A stretch of 63,122 nt of DNA, the filler included, from Octopus bimaculoides (taxonomy: Eukaryota): assembly GCF_001194135.2 (NCBI RefSeq). It is 5 parts of 5 records of this genome, joined end to end, with 100 filler letters (N's around TTAATTAATTAA, not from the genome) between each part and the next. Parts side by side here need not be neighbours in the genome. Positions count along the whole stretch, not along the records: positions 21,018 to 36,095 come from NC_068996.1; 4 more parts are not named here. One strand, written 5' to 3'. Of this stretch, positions 24,301-36,195 are shown one piece after another; the stretch's first letter is position 1, and each line of letters begins with the position of its first letter. A program made the position numbers and the translations under genes. The notes below the pieces were generated by a model, which did not search any database, had not been told where the DNA came from, and worked only from the letters and a program-made list of their open reading frames with translations.

Positions 24301-27119
24301 TTATGGTTCAACATGATGAAATAGCCAGAAGAAAAAGGCTGAATGACATTATTCTTGCGCACATGTGTGTATGTGAGTGTGTATGTATGAATGAGGGTGA
24401 GTGTGTGAGTATGTATGTGTGGGTGAGCTAAAAAATATGTGGATCTGTGTGTGTGTGTATGTGTGTTAGTGACCCAGTGCATACATTATGTGGAGTGATA
24501 TGCGTTACATGTACTGGTATGTATGTGTGTATGCATATAGACGTGTGTACATATATGCACGCAAGCGCATTGCCCTAGGTGTGTGTGTATGTGTACATGT
24601 AACCTAGTGAATGTGTTGTGTGGAGTGGTATGCGTTTTGCGTATTTGTGTGCATGTGTGTGTGCACACATGTATGGACGTGTGTATATGCATGAATAGAC
24701 ATATGGACGTGTGTATATGTGTGAGGTTAACATGTGTGTGTGGGCATGTGTAAAAGCTTGTGTTTAGCAGTTGATAAGTGCTTGTTCAGGTGGTGTATGC
24801 ATGTGTGTATGTGTGTGACTGTAACCATATAGTGTGGATGTGTATAGTGCATGTGGGCAAAAGTTATCTGTGTCTATGCATGTTGCATGTATCTATAATC
24901 CAGACAATCACCTCAGTAGCACTTCTTAGAAAAGAATGGTAGTGTAAAAGCGACACTTTTGAATCACCCAAAGAATGCTCGGTTATATTTCTGCTAATTT
25001 TTATAGAAGCACTCTACAAATCCAAGGCATGTGTAACAAATTCGTATGTTATAANNNNNNNNNNNNNNNNNNNNNNNNNNNNNNNNNNNNNNNNNNNNNN
25101 NNNNNNNNNNNNNNNNNNNNNNNNNNNNNNNNNNNNNNNNNNNNNNNNNNNNNNNNNNNNNNNNNNNNNNNNNNNNNNNNNNNNNNNNNNNNNNNNNNNN
25201 NNNNNNNNNNNNNNNNNNNNNNNNNNNNNNNNNNNNNNNNNNNNNNNNNNNNNNNNNNNNNNNNNNNNNNNNNNNNNNNNNNNNNNNNNNNNNNNNNNNN
25301 NNNNNNNNNNNNNNNNNNNNNNNNNNNNNNNNNNNNNNNNNNNNNNNNNNNNNNNNNNNNNNNNNNNNNNNNNNNNNNNNNNNNNNNNNNNNNNNNNNNN
25401 NNNNNNNNNNNNNNNNNNNNNNNNNNNNNNNNNNNNNNNNNNNNNNNNNNNNNNNNNNNNNNNNNNNNNNNNNNNNNNNNNNNNNNNNNNNNNNNNNNNN
25501 NNNNNNNNNNNNNNNNNNNNNNNNNNNNNNNNNNNNNNNNNNNNNNNNNNNNNNNNNNNNNNNNNNNNNNNNNNNNNNNNNNNNNNNNNNNNNNNNNNNN
25601 NNNNNNNNNNNNNNNNNNNNNNNNNNNNNNNNNNNNNNNNNNNNNNNNNNNNNNNNNNNNNNNNNNNNNNNNNNNNNNNNNNNNNNNNNNNNNNNNNNNN
25701 NNNNNNNNNNNNNTATATATATATATATATATATACATATATATTATACATATATATATACATACATACATACATACATACACACACACGCACACATGCA
25801 CACATTTACACATGTACATATATAAATATATACACACATACATATACAAACATGTATATACATACATATGTGCACATATACATATAAACATACATATACA
25901 CGTTCATCCATTGATAGATAGATGAATGTGTACACACATCCATATGCATACACACATACATACCAGTACATGTAACGCATATCACTCCACATAATGTATG
26001 CACTGAGTCACTTACACACATCCACCCATCCATCCATACATGCAGCAATGCCTACACACATGTGTACACACATACATATACACACATACATGTACATATA
26101 CATGTACATACATACCAACCTACCTACATACATACATATATATACACATATATGTAGACACACACACATGCATACATACATGCTTGCATGCACATGTGTG
26201 TGTGTATGAGAGAGAGAGAGAACATGTGGGTTAGCAATTGTGTGCATGCATAACAAAACCAATCTCAGCATTTACAACATAGCATCACAAGATATACGTC
26301 TATCAGATTATTGGATTTTTAAATATCCGCTCTTTAAATTTCATAACTATGTAATTTGAAATTTCTTAATTGTAAACATTACTGGATAATGTTTATTATA
26401 TTTTATGCTTAATTATATTACTTACCTTTTTCTTTTTCCTTTCATTAAATTCAGTTTCATTGTAATATGATTAATAATATCTTAATTACTCGCATGTTAT
26501 AATTATTGGCTTGGAAAATGTGAGGAAAATTTGTTTGCAACAATAGATTAAAGATAAATACTTTCACTGCAATAATTTACATGCAGTCCTTTCAGATTTC
26601 GATTTCAATTCCTGCCAGGGTGGAAATTTACGTCCATAAATTTTCCCCAGTGTTTAATGAATCATGTAACAAAATAGAATTGGAGCCACAAAAATATGGT
26701 TATCATTAGAAAGGTCATCCAGTCATCCATGTCAAGGTAGATGATGGAGCTTGGTGCAATTCTTTGGCTTGTTGGTTCCTATCAAACTGTCTAACCCATG
26801 CCAGCGTGGCAAAATGGATGTTAAACAATGATATTACCAATGTTGATAATGATGATGTACCAGTGATATACTGAACACAGTGCATGGATTTATTCCACTC
26901 ATTCTTTTGGCAAGTATCATATACACGCATAAGAATCTAATCACTAATCCAGAAATGTGGATATCATGCAATAATTCAATAGAAATGTTAAAATTGAATT
27001 TTAGTATAACATATACAAACTGCCATCAGTTCTATTACCCACCTCTGCATATATATACATCAACATTAGCACTGAGTGCAGTAGTGGTGGTGTTGTCATG
27101 ATCACCATCAATTTACATG

Positions 27120-27290
27120 GGGTTGCATAGGATTTTCTCTCCAGTATAATGTCTGACCATCTGACACAGTCCTTTTGTCATCTTCTTTGTGTGGTCCATT
27201 CATTGTCCTAAGATTTGCTGTCACCACTTTTTCTCATGTCTGTCTTGGTCATCTGCTTCTGTCACTTCCTTCTATTCAGGTCATTTGCTC
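27120..27290 (-). mobile_element. Old RTE-like LINE ORF C-terminal fragment
   Basis: Translates RPRQT*EKVVTANLRTM, resembling the GRPRKTW..VV..DL motif. Confidence 0.5.
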
Positions 27291-27431
27291 CTTTTTCTTT
27301 TTTTCTTCCATTTATTTTTTTTTAATTAACAATCAACTGTCATCATAGGAATTCTACAAGAATTTGAAATTTATTTCGAAGGCCCTCTTACTGATAATTA
27401 ATTGCTACATATAAGCACCCATAAGTGAAAG

Positions 27432-27735
27432 TGCATGGCTCAGTCGTTAGAGCTTCGAGCTTACGATCGTGAGGTTGTGAGTTCGAATCCCGGACCGGGC
27501 TGCGTGTTGTGTTCTTGAGCAAGACACTTTATTTCACGTTGCTCCAGTTCACTCATCTGTAGAAATGAGTTGCAACATCACTGGTGCCAAGCTGTATTGG
27601 CCCCTTTGCCTTTCCCTTGGATAACATCGGTGGTGTGGAGAAGGGAGCCTGGTATGCATGGGTGACTGCTGGTCTTCCACAAACAACCTTGCCCGGACTT
27701 GTACCTGAGAGGGTCAGTCATGACCGAATGGGGTC
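27432..27735 (+). mobile_element. tRNA-headed SINE family C copy
   Basis: Head GCATGGCTCAGTCGTTAGAGC..GAGTTCGAATCCC with clear A and B boxes; TTGAGCAAGACACTTTATTTCACGTTGCTCCAG; shared with 45538 and 48075. Confidence 0.85.
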
Positions 27736-27749
27736 TCAGCAATGTGGTC

Positions 27750-28120
27750 ATCATCATCATGTAAAAGTGCCTCTGTGTGGTACCACGCAAAAGCGCCTGT
27801 AAGATGCCATGTAAAAGCACCCATGTGCATCCCGTAAAAGCATCCGTGCAGTGCCACACAAAAGTGTCTGTGCAGTGCCACGTAAAAGCACCCAGTACAC
27901 TCTGTAAATTGGTTGGCATTAGGAAGAGCATCCAGCCATAGAAACCAAGGTAAATCAGACTGGAACCTGGTGCAGCTCCCCTGCTTGCCAGCTCTGGCCA
28001 AACCATCCAACCCATACTAGTATAGACAACAGACATTAGACGATGAGGATGATGATGATGATGATGACGATGATGATGGTGATGGTGATGGTGATGATGA
28101 TGATGATGATGATGATGATA
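27750..28120 (+). mobile_element. RTE LINE 3' UTR/tail with about six 22-26-bp GTAAAAGCACC units and (GAT)n tail
   Basis: Same tail as the other RTE copies. Confidence 0.75.
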
Positions 28121-28599
28121 TGTCTTTTCACTTAAATCGCCTACAATTTCACTGCATCTCTTGTACATATATGGCTTACACTGAAGGCATCAGATGGAAT
28201 TCCTTTTCTGCACAATGAGAATGTTCATTTAAAATTTTTTTTTTTTTTATCCCTATTGGCAATAGAATTCCTCCTACCTTCTTTCTTTCAGATCAAAACA
28301 CTTGTCTTTGTTAGGTTTGCTAAGATCTCTCAATTCTAAGTTTTACATCCACATTTGACATTTCTTGTCAAGTTCTATGACAGATTCAGCTGTGAAAAAT
28401 CAGGGATCCTACACTAGAGAACTACAACAAACATAAGGACTGAGAATTGAGCCGTGAGGAACATCTACAAGCATACTAAATGTTTTACTGAACTCATTGC
28501 CAACTTGCACTATCCTGGCAAAGTAACAATATACGAGCTGCCATTCATCCATACCCAGTTTACATTTTTACAACAACAACAACAACCAGACTACAGGGA

Positions 28600-28816
28600 A
28601 TATAAATTTCAAATTTTAGCACAAGGCCAGCAATTTGGGGGGTAGGGATAGTCAATTACATCGAGCCCAGTGTTCCACTGGTACTTATTTCATTTTCCCT
28701 GAAAGGATGAAAGGCAAAGTTAACCTCGGCAGAGTTTGAACTCAGAACACAAAGACAGACAAAATGCCAATCAACATTTTGTCCAACATTCTAAAGATTC
28801 TGCCAGCTCGCCACCT
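28600..28816 (-). mobile_element. SINE family A copy nested in the RTE fragment
   Basis: Family motifs present. Confidence 0.85.
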
Positions 28817-28999
28817 GGACCATAGAGAATATTATTCTCTGTTGATGGCATTGTTTATATCAAAGCTAGCTAGAATGGTTTGTTAAGAACTTCTGTAAAT
28901 GTTTCATATGAAGAGGGTATTAGTTAGATATATCCAGGCAGAAATCCAAACTGCATCAGATCTAATCTAATATTTTCTTTCCTAATCGATTGTACTCTT

Positions 29000-29363
29000 T
29001 TACTCTTTTACTTGGGGCACCACCTTTAGTTGAGCAAATCAACCCCAGGATTTATTCTTTGGATGCCTAATACTTATTCTATCAGTCTCTTTTGCTGAAC
29101 CGCTAAGTTACAGGGACGTAAACACACCAGCATCGGTTGTCAAGCGATGTTGGGGGGACAAATACAGACATACATACACATAAATATACATACATAGATA
29201 CAACGGGCTTCTTTCAGTTTCCGTCTACCAAATACACTCACAAGGCTTTGGTCAGCCCGAGGCTATAGTAGAAGACACTTGCCCAAGGTGTCACGCAGTG
29301 GGACTGAACCCAGAATTATGTGGTTGGTAAGCAAGCTACTTACCACACAGCCACTCCTGTGCC
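29000..29363 (-). mobile_element. SINE family B copy nested in the RTE fragment
   Basis: Near-consensus family B. Confidence 0.85.
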
Positions 29364-29794
29364 TGTACTATAAGTCTTTCTGTTACTTTCTAAATTTGGT
29401 CCATCAGTTTGATACCTCTGCAATTGCTGCTTTCTAAAACACCTTCACTATTCTTGGAACAGTTGATAAAGAGACTGCTACATAATTTATCGGATAGGAA
29501 ACCCCTAATTGTATCACCTAATTTACTATGCGAGTAACTACTGCACACCTTACTTTGAGGGATATTTTTCAGCATCTCAGTTACAATCCCAGGTCTTCTG
29601 ACTGCTTTTTTGATCCTTCCAGTCTCTAATCACCTGATCACACTTTTGACTGTACAGCTGTCAGTTTCAGAATTGGTCAGTCTGTGGGTTCTACATAGGT
29701 TGGTTCATCCTTCTTATTCAGCAACCTTTCATAAGAACATTTCCATATCCCTTTCTTTTCAGTATCAGTGATGTATGTGTGTGTATATATATAT

Positions 29795-29825
<31 letters not shown>

Positions 29826-29943
29826 CATATATATATACACACATATATATATATACACACACACATATGTGTGTGTGTGTGTGTGTGTGTATTCTGCATT
29901 AAATGAAGTAACAGAAACAAATGAAAATTCTGTAAATGATAAT

Positions 29944-30170
29944 AATAATTATAAGCTTAAAGCTTATAAGTGTTCACCACATATTGGCTAAAGAAAATAG
30001 TTTAATATTAGGGCCTTGACAGAAAAAAATGTGTATTAATATCTATGGTTTAATTCGCATGTATATTAATACCCGTTCTTTTCCGTCAGGGGCTTATATG
30101 CCCCAGTGTTAGACTATTTTCTTTAGTCAATACATGGCAAATGCCTATAAGCTTTAGGTTTATAATTATT
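29944..30170. mobile_element. MITE-like element with about 70-bp imperfect TIRs
   Basis: AATAATTATAAGCTTAAAGCTTATAAG...CTAAAGAAAATAGT is mirrored at 30100-30170; a partial second copy lies at about 51470-51570. Confidence 0.7.
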
Positions 30171-30184
30171 ATTATTATGAATAT

Positions 30185-30990
30185 ATGTAATCATCATCAT
30201 CGTCGTTTAACATCTGTTTTCCATGCTGGCATAGGTTGGATGGTTTGACTGAGGACAGGCAAGCCAGGAGGCTGCACCAGACTCCAATCTATTCTGGCAA
30301 GATTCCTTCCAGCTGGGTGCCTTTCCTAATGCCAACCACTCCAAGAGTGTACTGGCACTGGAATTGGCCATGCTTGAGTGGTGCTTTTTACACACCACTG
30401 GCATGGGAGCCAGTCAGGCAGCACTGGCAATGACTACCCTTGAATGGTGCTTTTTATGTGTTACCAGTATGAGACCAGTCAGACGGCACTGGCATCAACT
30501 ATGCTCATATGGTGCTTTTTACGTGCCACTGGCACAGGAGTCAGTGCGGTGGCACTGGCAACGATCATGTTTGTATGGTGCTTTTCATGTGTCACCAGCA
30601 TGGGTGCCAGTCAGGCGGTACTGGTATCGGCCACAACAATAATTTCACTTGACTCGATAGGTCTTCTCATGCACAGTGTATTGCCTAATAATTGAAGGGT
30701 ACTCTTAAACGGGCTGGTTATACTGCGCACCGGTATAGGCCACAGCTACAGTCTCACTTGGCTTGCCGGATCTTCTCAAGCACAGCATATCTCCAAACGT
30801 CTCGGTCATTTGTCATTGCCTCCGTGTGGCCCAATGTTTGAAGGTCATGCTTCACCACCTCATCCCAGGTCTTCCTGTGTCTACCTCTTCCACAAGTTCC
30901 CTCCACTTTTTCACACAGCTGTACTCATCCATATGTAACACATGACCATACCAGCACAGTTGTCTCTCTTGCACACCACATATTATGCTT
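30185..30990 (-). mobile_element. RTE LINE 3' end: ORF tail, 3' UTR with four 65-66-bp units, (GAT)n tail
   Basis: 30770-30990 is homologous to 40200-40476; GGTGCTTTT at 30380, 30446, 30511 and 30577. Confidence 0.85.
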
Positions 30991-31543
30991 CTTCTTATGT
31001 CCAACTTTTCTCTCAGGGAACTTACATTCTGTCATGTCGTATATTAAGTGATATATATATGAAGAATTATAAATAAGTTATCTAGGGAAAATACTTTGTC
31101 AACTCTCAGCTAATACAAATATGTCAATATGCCAGACTGACAAAAGTTTTCAGATTGGTATAGAATTCTAGGTAATCCTGAGGCAAAATCTGAAGTTGAT
31201 GTCCATTCATCAATCAATTTTGCAAATCCATGGTGGCATTACCCAGTTATAGTATCTTTTCACAGAATGATATACAAGAAAATGCATAAATAATGGGCTT
31301 TACACATTTATTTATCTATGTATCATCATTCTGATGCATTTAGGTGTGTCATACTTCAGTTGATTGAAAAAAGTGAATGAGCTTAGCAAATACGATCATC
31401 TTCAGAGTCTGTGCAATAAACACAAATAGGAATGTACCTAAAATTTATATCAGAAACACCTGTAAGTCTATGATGCACACAAATAAATGTGTGAAGACCA
31501 TTACTTATGCCTTTTCTTGTAACACACACACACACACACACAC

Positions 31544-31624
<81 letters not shown>

Positions 31625-31628
31625 CACA

Positions 31629-32775
31629 CAAGGTCTTGCAGATAAATTGAGACCAATTTTAAACAGTTGACTAAGTGGGTTTAACATTTCATTTTAGAAC
31701 AAAACCTTGCTTTTTTGAAAATCTAATCCAATAAAATGAAGTTGATGAAACTTCTTAGAGCAACAGTTTATTGTGTGTATAAACAATTTAAAGGAGTGGG
31801 AAAGGTTGATAGAAAAGAACACAAGACTCAAAGTGATTCCAAATGCAATCCAAAGTTTCTCGCTGGACTCAAATGCTTGGTTGAAGCCAATCCATCCGCA
31901 TCCATGACAATTCTTGCAAAGAAATGTAATGCGTCCCTTTCTACTGTGTCCAGAGCTGTGAACAGGAACCTTAGCATGACTAGCTATGTTCGATGACGCA
32001 CCTTCTAACAGCCAAGGCCAAAGCAATCAGAGACAAAAGATGCCCAAAGCTTCTGTCATACATCAAGCATCAAGGTGCAGGAAAAACTTGTGTTTGTAGA
32101 CGAGAAGTTCATTGTGAATGCTGAGGTGAATCACAGAAATTCTTGAATGATTGCACACAACCCTACTGACACCCCACTGTATTTCAAACTAAGAATCCTG
32201 CCTTTGCCAAGGTATTTGGAGCTGTGGTGAGTGATGGAAGTGTCATGGATCCACACTTCATTGAGTCTGGCTTCAAGATCAGCACAAAGGAGTATCTGGA
32301 CATCCTGAAAAACTCTGTTACCTTGGATTGAGCAGAAGTTTGGGCTTGACAATGTGGTGCATATCCAGGATTCTGCACCATGCCAGGTCTTCCTGGATGA
32401 GAAAGTGCCACTTTTAGTGAGGGCCAACATCTAGCCCAGTAATATCCCAGATTTAAACCTTCTCGATAACTTTTCACAGGACATACTTCAAGCAAGGACC
32501 AATGCTTTACCTCACTTGAGTGTCAACAGTTTGAAGACCTGAATCATGCATGCGACATGCAAAATCAAAAAGATAGCAGTTGCAACAGCTGCAAAATAAT
32601 TCCATTCTCGAGTGGAGGCAGCAATTGCCCAAAAGGGTGACCATATTGAGCAATGAATGTCTTTGTTGTAACAAATGTTACGTTAAATTTATATCCTGTC
32701 TACTACCATTATTTTAATATTTATAACCAGTTTTATGCATTGTAAAAATTGTCTCAATTTATCTGCAAGACCTTG
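31629..32775 (+). mobile_element. Near-full-length inactive Tc1/mariner, maT (DD37D)-like
   Basis: About 30-bp TIRs CAAGGTCTTGCAGATAAATTGAGAC / GTCTCAATTTATCTGCAAGACCTTG, TA on the right. HTH region LAKKCNASLSTVSRAV; motifs FVDEK, QDSAPC and PSNIPDLNLLD; stops and frameshifts. Family is assigned from motifs; D-D spacing is obscured by a deletion. Confidence 0.9.
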
Positions 32776-33309
32776 TATATATAAACTACAATACTTATGC
32801 GAAAATTACTTGTTTTTGTACTTGTTTTTAATTTAAAAAGATAAAATAAATAATTAAATGCGGCAGTTGGACTTATACATGCAGCTAAGTATTATTGTGC
32901 AAGAAATGTGATCTAATTCATTACCAACTGATAATATGAATGTCAATCCCAGCAAGGGCATATTTGCAAATGAGCATAGCCATCTTGAATAAATTACTGC
33001 ATTTTTCAATGCATTGGCTTAATGCATATTAAGACATATATCATGTCATTGTTGTTTGACAGTAAGAGATGACCTGATGTCAAGCAACCAGGTCATCTCA
33101 TATTGAGAAGTGTGATGAAAATCATTCCAGCAATGTCCATTCTGTTTTTTTTTTCCCCCTGCCTCTGACATTGTGTATCTAAAATAACATTTTTAAATGT
33201 GTACATTTTCTTTTAATAAATGATAGGATGTAGTTTGGGAGAGATTTGGTTGTTATTTCTAACAGGTAGATCTATCATGTAGAGACTTTAACAGTTATTA
33301 TATTGTTCC

Positions 33310-33314
33310 CTCAT

Positions 33315-33346
<32 letters not shown>

Positions 33347-33620
33347 TCCTTTAATGTCCATTTTCCACGCTGGCATGAGTTGGACAGTTTGACAGAAGCT
33401 GGCAAGGTGGAGAGCTGCACCAGGGTCCATTTGTCTGTTTTGGCATCATTTCTATGGTTGGATGCCCTTCCTAATGCCAACCGCCTTACGGAGTGAACTG
33501 AGCACTTTGTATGTGACACCAGCACCAGTGCTTTTTATTTGGCATCAACACAGGTACTTTTTATATGGCACCAGTACAGGTGCTTTTTGCATGGCGCCAG
33601 CATAGGTGCGCTTTATGTAG
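33310..33620 (-). mobile_element. RTE LINE 3' tail/UTR fragment
   Basis: TTTAATGTCCATTTTCCACGCTGGCATG...GGATGCCCTTCCTAATGCCAACC plus short GTGCTTTT units. Confidence 0.75.
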
Positions 33621-33872
33621 TATCAACACTGGTGGGGGTCGCCAAGTAGCTTGCAAGAAAAAGGCTTCTCGGCTGAGACGGGGAGTGGAACCAAAAGAAA
33701 TGACTGGTGTGCCAGGCAAGAGGTTTATACCAAAATCAATTTACTGTTGAGTGTTTGCGGATGCATCACTGTAAAATTCTTCATTCACCATTAATTAAAC
33801 AAATATTCAATTATGAAAATACCATCTGACTAACAAACAAATACAAATAAAAAAATATATTTGTATCTAAAT

Positions 33873-34058
33873 CAACACCCTGCAACCGGTATGCCATGGC
33901 ACACTGGTGTGCCACAAGACAACGCTAGATGTGCTGCAGTGTAACCTGGATATAATTTATTTCCCTATGCTTTTAGTTATATTTTTAGTTCAGGTGTGCA
34001 GCCAAATTTTGAAAAGAATAAAAGTGTACCACAAGTGAAAAATGGTTGCAAAGCACTG
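33873..34058. mobile_element. hAT (Charlie-like) MITE with exact 8-bp TSD
   Basis: ATCTAAAT at both 33865-33872 and 34059-34066; ends CAACACCCTGCAACC / GGTTGCAAAGCACTG. Confidence 0.85.
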
Positions 34059-34189
34059 ATCTAAATCAATAAAAACTGAAATGAAAAAAGAAACACCAAA
34101 AAACATCAAAAGAGACAAAATAATATTACTAAGTGTAAAATTTTTTAAAAAAACAATAAATAGTTATATCTTTGAAGAATTAAACTCAC

Positions 34190-34473
34190 CTTCAATGTTG
34201 ACTTTGCATTTTTGCTATCAAGTTTATCAAAGTATTCAAATATTTGTCTATACAGTGTGTTCTTGCGAATCTTGTCATCATCCGGGGGCAAATAGTTCCG
34301 AACTGGTGGTCCAATGTCTTCATATAATAACTGTATGATACGCAAAGCTACTCGGCGTACATCTTCAGAACTATGATGGAGACAAGCAACAGTGCAGAAG
34401 TTCATAATATCTACAACAGCCATTCCTGGTGCATTACTGAAAGATTTCAACATTAAATCAGAAATAAAATATC
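34190..34473 (-). CDS. CEP104: Internal coding exon of centrosomal protein CEP104 (C-terminal HEAT repeats of the TOG domain)
   Basis: Peptide YFISDLMLKSFSNAPGMAVVDIMNFCTVACLHHSSEDVRRVALRIIQLLYEDIGPPVRNYLPPDDDKIRKNTLYRQIFEYFDKLD matches the recalled CEP104 motif (vertebrate VRETAVRIILDMY...EYLPPDDSNTRRNILYKTIFEGFAKID). Donor AAG|GTGAGT at 34190/34189. Acceptor TACAG|G at 34473; an alternative TTTCAG|T at 34436 is possible. Confidence 0.85.
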
Positions 34474-35289
34474 CTGTATGTAAAAATCATTAAAAATTGT
34501 ATTTGTCAAATATGGAAATGTATTAAAGATAATTATATTATATTATATTATATTATATTATATTATATTCAGGATATTTGGAGAATATCTAGCTGCAAAT
34601 TCTAGCATGGTGTGCAACCACATGAAACCTACTCCGATGACAGGTGATATAACTGATTACTTATGCATTTATTTAGAGTAACTGATCAAGGCCAAAAGCT
34701 CATTATCAATGACAAATTTTGCAGGCCATTTACAACTCAACTACTGAAAATGGAACTTGTGTAACACTGGAGATATCACTGACCAAAACATATAACAACA
34801 AAAAGAAATTAATAGTATAAAATATAGACGCGTCTTTTTCAGTGAATTCATGGAAGAAGTTTTGCACTTATTTATTGTTAAATGCAGTGTAGAGATAGGT
34901 ATATGATTAATAGGATTAATGTAATGTAATGTAATATAAAGCTGAAGCAAATTAACACCAAATATACAGTGCATGTGTTTTTATTGGCTAAACTGGCAAC
35001 AAGACCATCCCCAAATACAACAATATCTGTTTCAACACGCGATTTCACATCAAAAATCTTGCAAAACAAATATATAAACGGGATAAAATAATGATAATAA
35101 ATGAATACAGCACATTTTATAGGAAGACAACAGCAGAAGTTCTTAACAAAGAGCAATCCTCAGAAGACCCATATTATATAGCCTGGTGGCCACTAAAGAA
35201 TACAGAAAACTTATGAGTGTTGTTCAAGCCATGTACAAAGGTGAGATGATTAACTGAGTGCTAGATGGAAAATTTTATCTTTTATTTTT

Positions 35290-35520
35290 TATCTTTTACT
35301 TGTTTCAGTCATTAGACTGTGGCCATGCTGGGGCACCACTTTGAAGAGTTTCTTTTAGTCAAACAAATCGATCCCAGTACATATTTTTCATTTTTGTATA
35401 AAGCCTGGTGCTTATTCTATTAGACTCTTTTGCTGAACCACTAGGTTACAGAGACGTTAATGCACCAACACCAGCTGTCAAGTGGGGTAGGGGGGAAGAC
35501 AAACACAGACACACACACAC
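35290..35520 (-). mobile_element. SINE family B 3' half
   Basis: Family B tail motifs. Confidence 0.8.
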
Positions 35521-35824
35521 TCGTGTATATCTGCTACATATGTGGAAATCTGTGGGTGTGTTTGTTTGAGGCATAAAAGCTGTCCAAAGAGGAGAATAAT
35601 AACTCTACATAGACCTTTCAAAAGACTTGAGACTCCTGAAAATGGACCACCATTTGTATCAATCCTTTCATCAACTACCATCATTTAAAACATAACTTTA
35701 AAGCATGATCAAGAGATCTCTGTCTGTCTGCCTGCTTGTCTGCCTACCTACCTACCTACTTACCTACCTACCTACCTACCTATCTACCTACCTACCTACC
35801 TACCTACCTACTTGTCTCTCTCTT

Positions 35825-35856
<32 letters not shown>

Positions 35857-35937
35857 CATATATATACCGGAGTATGCACATAAATGTGCAACAAGGTGGA
35901 AAAAAGAGTGCTCAAATACCAGAGGTAGAGTAATATG

Positions 35938-36067
35938 CTTTATTTAAAAGCAGCAGAAATATAACAAAAAGCTGTTACTCGGAGTTTCACGTTGCTGTTC
36001 ATTGGACAGGGAACATGACACTCCGAGTAACAGTCTTTTGTTATATTTCTGCTGCTTTTAAATAAAG
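35938..36067. repeat. Near-perfect 48-bp-arm inverted repeat (34-nt spacer)
   Basis: CTTTATTTAAAAGCAGCAGAAATATAACAAAA(AG/GA)CTGTTACTCGGAGT and its reverse complement. Confidence 0.95.
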
Positions 36068-36195
36068 TGTGTATATATATATATATATATATATANNNNN
36101 NNNNNNNNNNNNNNNNNNNNNNNNNNNNNNNNNNNNNNNTTAATTAATTAANNNNNNNNNNNNNNNNNNNNNNNNNNNNNNNNNNNNNNNNNNNN

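Larger units (their letters stand above)
28280..29640 (-). mobile_element. Degenerate RTE LINE reverse-transcriptase segment interrupted by two SINEs
   Basis: 29380-29640 reads GIVTEMLK...NCSKNSEGVLESSNCRGIKLMDQ. 28280-28560 reads LGMDEW..., a VGNEFS..F...DVPHGSILSP-like stretch and AESVIEL. Confidence 0.7.

Noticed and set aside
27432-27510. tRNA-like sequences with A and B boxes (also at 12701, 16152, 41413, 45538)
   Set aside because: They are SINE heads: each continues into a family body and has no complete cloverleaf or acceptor stem.
30340-30620. Regularly spaced repeats resembling a CRISPR array
   Set aside because: Eukaryotic context, the spacers are homologous to each other, there are no cas genes, and the array is part of an RTE 3' UTR.
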